Assembly: GCA_030390025.1 (NCBI GenBank) | Contig: CM059431.1 | Span: 139,378,001-139,442,000, forward strand | Direction: 5' to 3' | From: Squalus acanthias | Taxonomy: Eukaryota | DNA length: 64,000 bases | Part shown: in pieces, positions 60,463 through 64,000 of the stretch | Layout: each line of letters begins with the position of its first letter | Position numbering within the stretch: position 1 is the first letter of the stretch | Notes under the pieces: generated by a model | Database searches by the model: none | What the model was told of the DNA's origin: nothing | Seen by the model: the letters and a program-made list of their open reading frames with translations, nothing else | Position numbers and translations under genes: made by a program

Positions 60463-62923
60463 ATGGGGGACAAATCAAATTACCACTAATGGTGTGCAGG
60501 ACGAATTATTGGAATGCATGCGAGTTGGTTTTCCTGGATCAGTATGTGGAGGAACCAACCAGGGAACAGGCTATTCTGAATCTGGCACTGTGTAATGAGA
60601 ATGGGCTAATCAATAATTCAGCAGTAAAGGGGACTTTAGGGACAAGTGACGATAATATGATTGAATGTTATATTAAGTTTGAGAGTGATGTTGTCCAATC
60701 TGAAACTATGGTCTTCAATCTAAACAGAGGAAACTACACGGGTATGAGGGACAAATTGTCCATGGTAGATTGGGAGAATACATTAAAAAGTAAGAAGGTG
60801 GACATACAATGGCTAACATTCAAGGAAATAATGCATAATTTGCAACAAACATATATTCATCTAGGGCATAAATACCCAAAAGGAAAAGTGATCCAACCAT
60901 GGCTAACAAAATAAATTAAAGCTATTATTAAGTCAAAGGAGGAAGCTTATAAAGTTGCCAGAAAAAGCGGTCAGCCTGAGGATTTGGATCTTTTTAGAAA
61001 TCAGCAAACGGGGAGCAAGAAATTGATAAAGAAAGGGAAAATGGAATATGAGCACAAACTAGAGAGAATATAAAGACGGATTGTAAAACCTTCTACAGGT
61101 ATGTGTAAAGGAAAAGACTGGCGGAGGTAAATGTAGGTCCTTTACATTCAGAGACGGGAGAATTCATAATGGTGAAACAGGAAATGGCTGAGAAATTAAA
61201 TAAATACTTTGTTTCTGTCTTCCCGGAGGAAGACACGAAAAACCTTAAAGAAATACGAGAAAACCAAGGGTGTGCGAGAATGAGGAACGTAAAGAAATTA
61301 TTATTAATAAAACAACAGTACTAGCAAAATTACTGGGACTAAAATTCGATAAATATCAAGAACCGGATGACTTACATCCTAGGGTTTTGAATGAGGTAGC
61401 CATTGCGATAGTGGACGCATTGGTTGTCATCTTCCAAAATTCTATAGATTCTGGAACGGTTCCTGCAGATTGGAGGATAGCAAATGTAACCCCGCTATTT
61501 AAGAAAGGAGGGAGAGAGAAAACGGGGAACTACAGACCGGTTAGCCTCACATCATTAGTTGGGAAAATGCTGGAATCTGTTATAAAGGATGCAATAACTG
61601 GGCACTTAGAATCTAATAGTAAGATTGGGCAGAGTCAACATGGATTTATGAAAGGGAATTCCTGTTTGACAAACCTATTGGACTTTTTTGAGAATGTAAC
61701 TAGTGGAGTAGACAAAGGGAAACCGGTAGATGTGGTGTATTTGGATTTTCAGAAGACCTGCGATAAGGTCCCACACAAGAGGTTGGTGAAGAAAATTAGG
61801 GCACAAGGAATTGGGGGTAAAATACTGGCATGGTTTGAGAATTGGTTAACAGACAGAAAACAAAGAGTAGGGATAAACGTTCTTTTTCACGATGGCAGGC
61901 TGTGACTAGTGTCATACCGTAAGGATCGGTGCTTGGACCCAGCTATTTACAATCGATATCAATGATTTGGATGAGGGGGCTAAATGTTACATTTCCAAAT
62001 TTGCTGATGACACAAAGCTAGTTGGCAGTGTCAGTTGCGAAGAGGGTATGAAGTGGATTCAAGGGGATCTCGACAGGCTCAGTGAGTGGGCGAGATGATG
62101 GCAGGTGGATAAATGTGAAGTTATCAACTTTGGCAGAAAAAAACAGAAAGGTAGAGTATTTCCTAAATGGTGAAAGATTGGGGAATGCAGATTCTCAAAG
62201 GGACCTGGGTGTCCTTGTACATGAGTCGCTGCAAGTGAATGTGTTGGTGCAGCAAGCCATTAGGAAGCCAAATGGTATGCTGGCCTTCATAACAGGAGGG
62301 TTTGAATACAGGAGTAAAGGAGTCTTACTCCAATTATATAAGGCCTTGGTGAGACGACACCTGGAGTATTGTGTACAATTTTGGTCTCCATACCTCAGGT
62401 AGGATATGCTTGCCATAGAGGGAGTGCAATGAAGGTTCACGATATTGATTCCTGGGATGGCGGGACTGTCGAATGAGAAAAGATTGAGTAAACTAGGCCT
62501 GTATTCTCTTGAATTCAGAAGAATGAGAGGGCATCACATTGAAGCATACACAATTATTACAGTGCCTGAAATGGTGGATGCTTGGAGAATGTTTCCCTGA
62601 GCTGGGGAGTCTAGAATTAGGCACCACTGCCTCAGGATAAAGGGTAGGCTATTCAGGACTGGGATGAGAAGACATTTCTTCACACAGAGGGTGGTGAATC
62701 TTTGGAATTCTCTACCCCAGAGGTCTGTGAAGGCTTAGTCATTGGGTATATTCAAAACAGAAGTCGATAGATTTCTGATTATCAAGGGTATATAGGGATA
62801 TGGCGATAGGGCCGGTAAAAGGAGTTGAGGCAGAAGATCAGCCATGATCTCATTGAATGGTGCAGCAGGCTCGAAGGGCCGAATGGCCTACTCCTGCTCC
62901 TATGTTCTTATGTTCTTATGTTC
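60463..62923 (+). mobile_element. 5'-truncated CR1-clade LINE 'D' (endonuclease C-terminus, RT, 3' UTR), inactivated
   Basis: Motifs FLDQYVEEPTREQAILNL, QPWLTK, NYRPVSLTS..QHGFMKGNSCLTNL..YLDFQK (61,270-61,905), AAATTTGCTGATGAC (KFADD) at ~61,998, and HLEYCVQFWSPYLR; tail (TTCTTATG)n ending at 62,923. Confidence 0.93.
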
Positions 62924-63208
62924 AACCACATTGCTGACCCATGTGGGTCTTGAGTCACATATTGGCCGGACCAAGTAAGGTAGTTTCCTTCCCTAAAGGA
63001 CATTAATGAACCAGATTTATTTTTACGACAATCCAATAGTTTCATGGTTACCATTACTGATACAAGTTTTTTTTACACTAGATTTATTTATCTAACTGAA
63101 TTGAAATTCCCCAGCTGTCGTGATGGAATTTGAACTCGCGTCTCTGGATCATTAGCCCAGGCCTCTGAATTACTAACCCAGTAAAATTACCACAATGCAA
63201 CCGTTCCC
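62924..63208 (-). mobile_element. tRNA-derived SINE, 3' part truncated at the CR1-D tail; family not assigned
   Basis: The minus strand starts GGGAACGGTTGCATTGTGGTAAT (degenerate A box), has a B box GAGTTCAAATTCC (complement of ~63,125-63,137), then the body ...CTGGTTCATTAATGTCCTTTAGGGAAGGAAAC...TGTGACTCAAGACCCACA. I recall this body as an abundant shark SINE, unverified. Confidence 0.65.
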
Positions 63209-63231
63209 TTGTATAAAAAACTAGTATAAAC

Positions 63232-63580
63232 ACAACAGAAACAACTTGCATTTCCCCAGCTTTTTAAACGTAGAAAAACATCACAAGGCGCTTCACAGGA
63301 AACGAATCAGACAAAAGCTGGGCGCTGAATAAAGGAGGAGGAGGGGGGCTCAGAACATTGTTCAAAGAAGTGAGTTTCAGGAGGGTCTTAAAAGGGAGGA
63401 GAAGGAGCTGGAGAGGCTGAGGTGGGGAATTGCAGAGCAGAGAGCCTGGACAGCTGAAAGCACGGCCGCCATTGAAAGGGTGAGGAGAGGGTGAAATACA
63501 CAACAGAACAGAGACAGAGGAACAGAGAGATCTTGGAGGTGGGGGCTTGTAGGGCTGGAGGAGGTTCCAGAGACAGGACC
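63232..63580 (-). mobile_element. L2-clade LINE 3' end fragment
   Basis: Minus-strand ORF 63,264-63,503 contains GGRAFSCPGSLLCNSPPQPL...FKTLLK (L2 ORF2 C-terminal motif). The 3' end reads CCTGTGAAGCGCCTTGTGATGTTTTTCTACGTTTAAAAAGC..AAATGCAAGTTGTTTCTGTTG. Confidence 0.75.
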
Positions 63581-63833
63581 ATAAAAGGATCTTTCCTTTG
63601 ATGTGAGGCTCTGTAACCAGGAGCTTGCATTCTTACTGACCCTGTACAGTTCACAGATGTTCCCATTAGGTTGTGCGACTGCACAGCGTTCAGCATGTTC
63701 CCCCGCAGTCGGCTCACCCGATTTTAAAATCGAAAGAACAGCGCTTGATTGGTATTTTCAATGGGTCTCATTGCCCATTAAAGGCATTGCGCACCCAAAA
63801 AAAATAAAAGGAAACTTTGCAATTTGAATTTAA

Positions 63834-64000
63834 ACCCCACACTGACACCTCATATACCCAGCCCCACAACCCACTGACCCAACCCCACAACGACAAACCA
63901 CTGATCCAGTCCTACACCGAAATACCACAGCCCCACATCACACAAATCAAGCTCCATACCGAGACCCTGCTAAACCAGCCACACACCGGCACCCAACTGA
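63834..64000 (+). repeat. C/A-rich low-complexity sequence
   Basis: Loose CCCCACA/CCCAAC/CACTGA units with no fixed period; cut by the window end. Confidence 0.45.

Noticed and set aside
58761..62402. Active reverse transcriptase or novel RT system
   Set aside because: All RT fragments are standard CR1 ORF2 pieces broken by stops and frameshifts; the longest is 211 aa and lacks the catalytic FADD in frame.
63100..63208. tRNA gene on the minus strand
   Set aside because: Only degenerate A/B boxes followed by a SINE body; no complete cloverleaf.
63719..63732. 14-bp palindrome CGATTTTAAAATCG, possible part of another DNA element
   Set aside because: Isolated and AT-rich, with no matching terminal repeats or target duplication visible before the window ends.
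63834..64000. Telomeric repeat
   Set aside because: C-rich but with no (CCCTAA)n periodicity.

Overview
Eukaryotic, gene-free window at the edge of a satellite array. The retroelements look like those of cartilaginous fish, but this is an inference from recalled repeat families. Bases 1-~51,287 are one uninterrupted head-to-tail array of a 23-bp monomer (consensus AGCTAGAAACAGTG(A/G)AGGTCCAA, about 2,200 copies). The array is organised into higher-order repeat (HOR) domains with about 4.8-kb, 2.1-kb and 3.2-kb units, plus nested 9.6-kb and 12.8-kb duplications. The array stops abruptly. The last 12.7 kb is almost entirely decayed transposable elements: seven CR1-clade LINE copies (one near full length with ORF1 zinc-finger and esterase remnants, one nested inside another), a tRNA-derived SINE, an L2-clade 3' end, and a ~740-bp non-autonomous DNA element with terminal inverted repeats, an AAT target duplication, four hairpins, splice donors and promoter motifs. 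Every ORF in the track is either a satellite translation artefact, a broken LINE fragment or its antisense, or a short unsupported ORF. I find no intact gene and no convincing new enzymatic system. The most interesting items are the satellite HOR architecture and the hairpin-rich DNA element. Coordinates were counted by eye, so boundaries are approximate.
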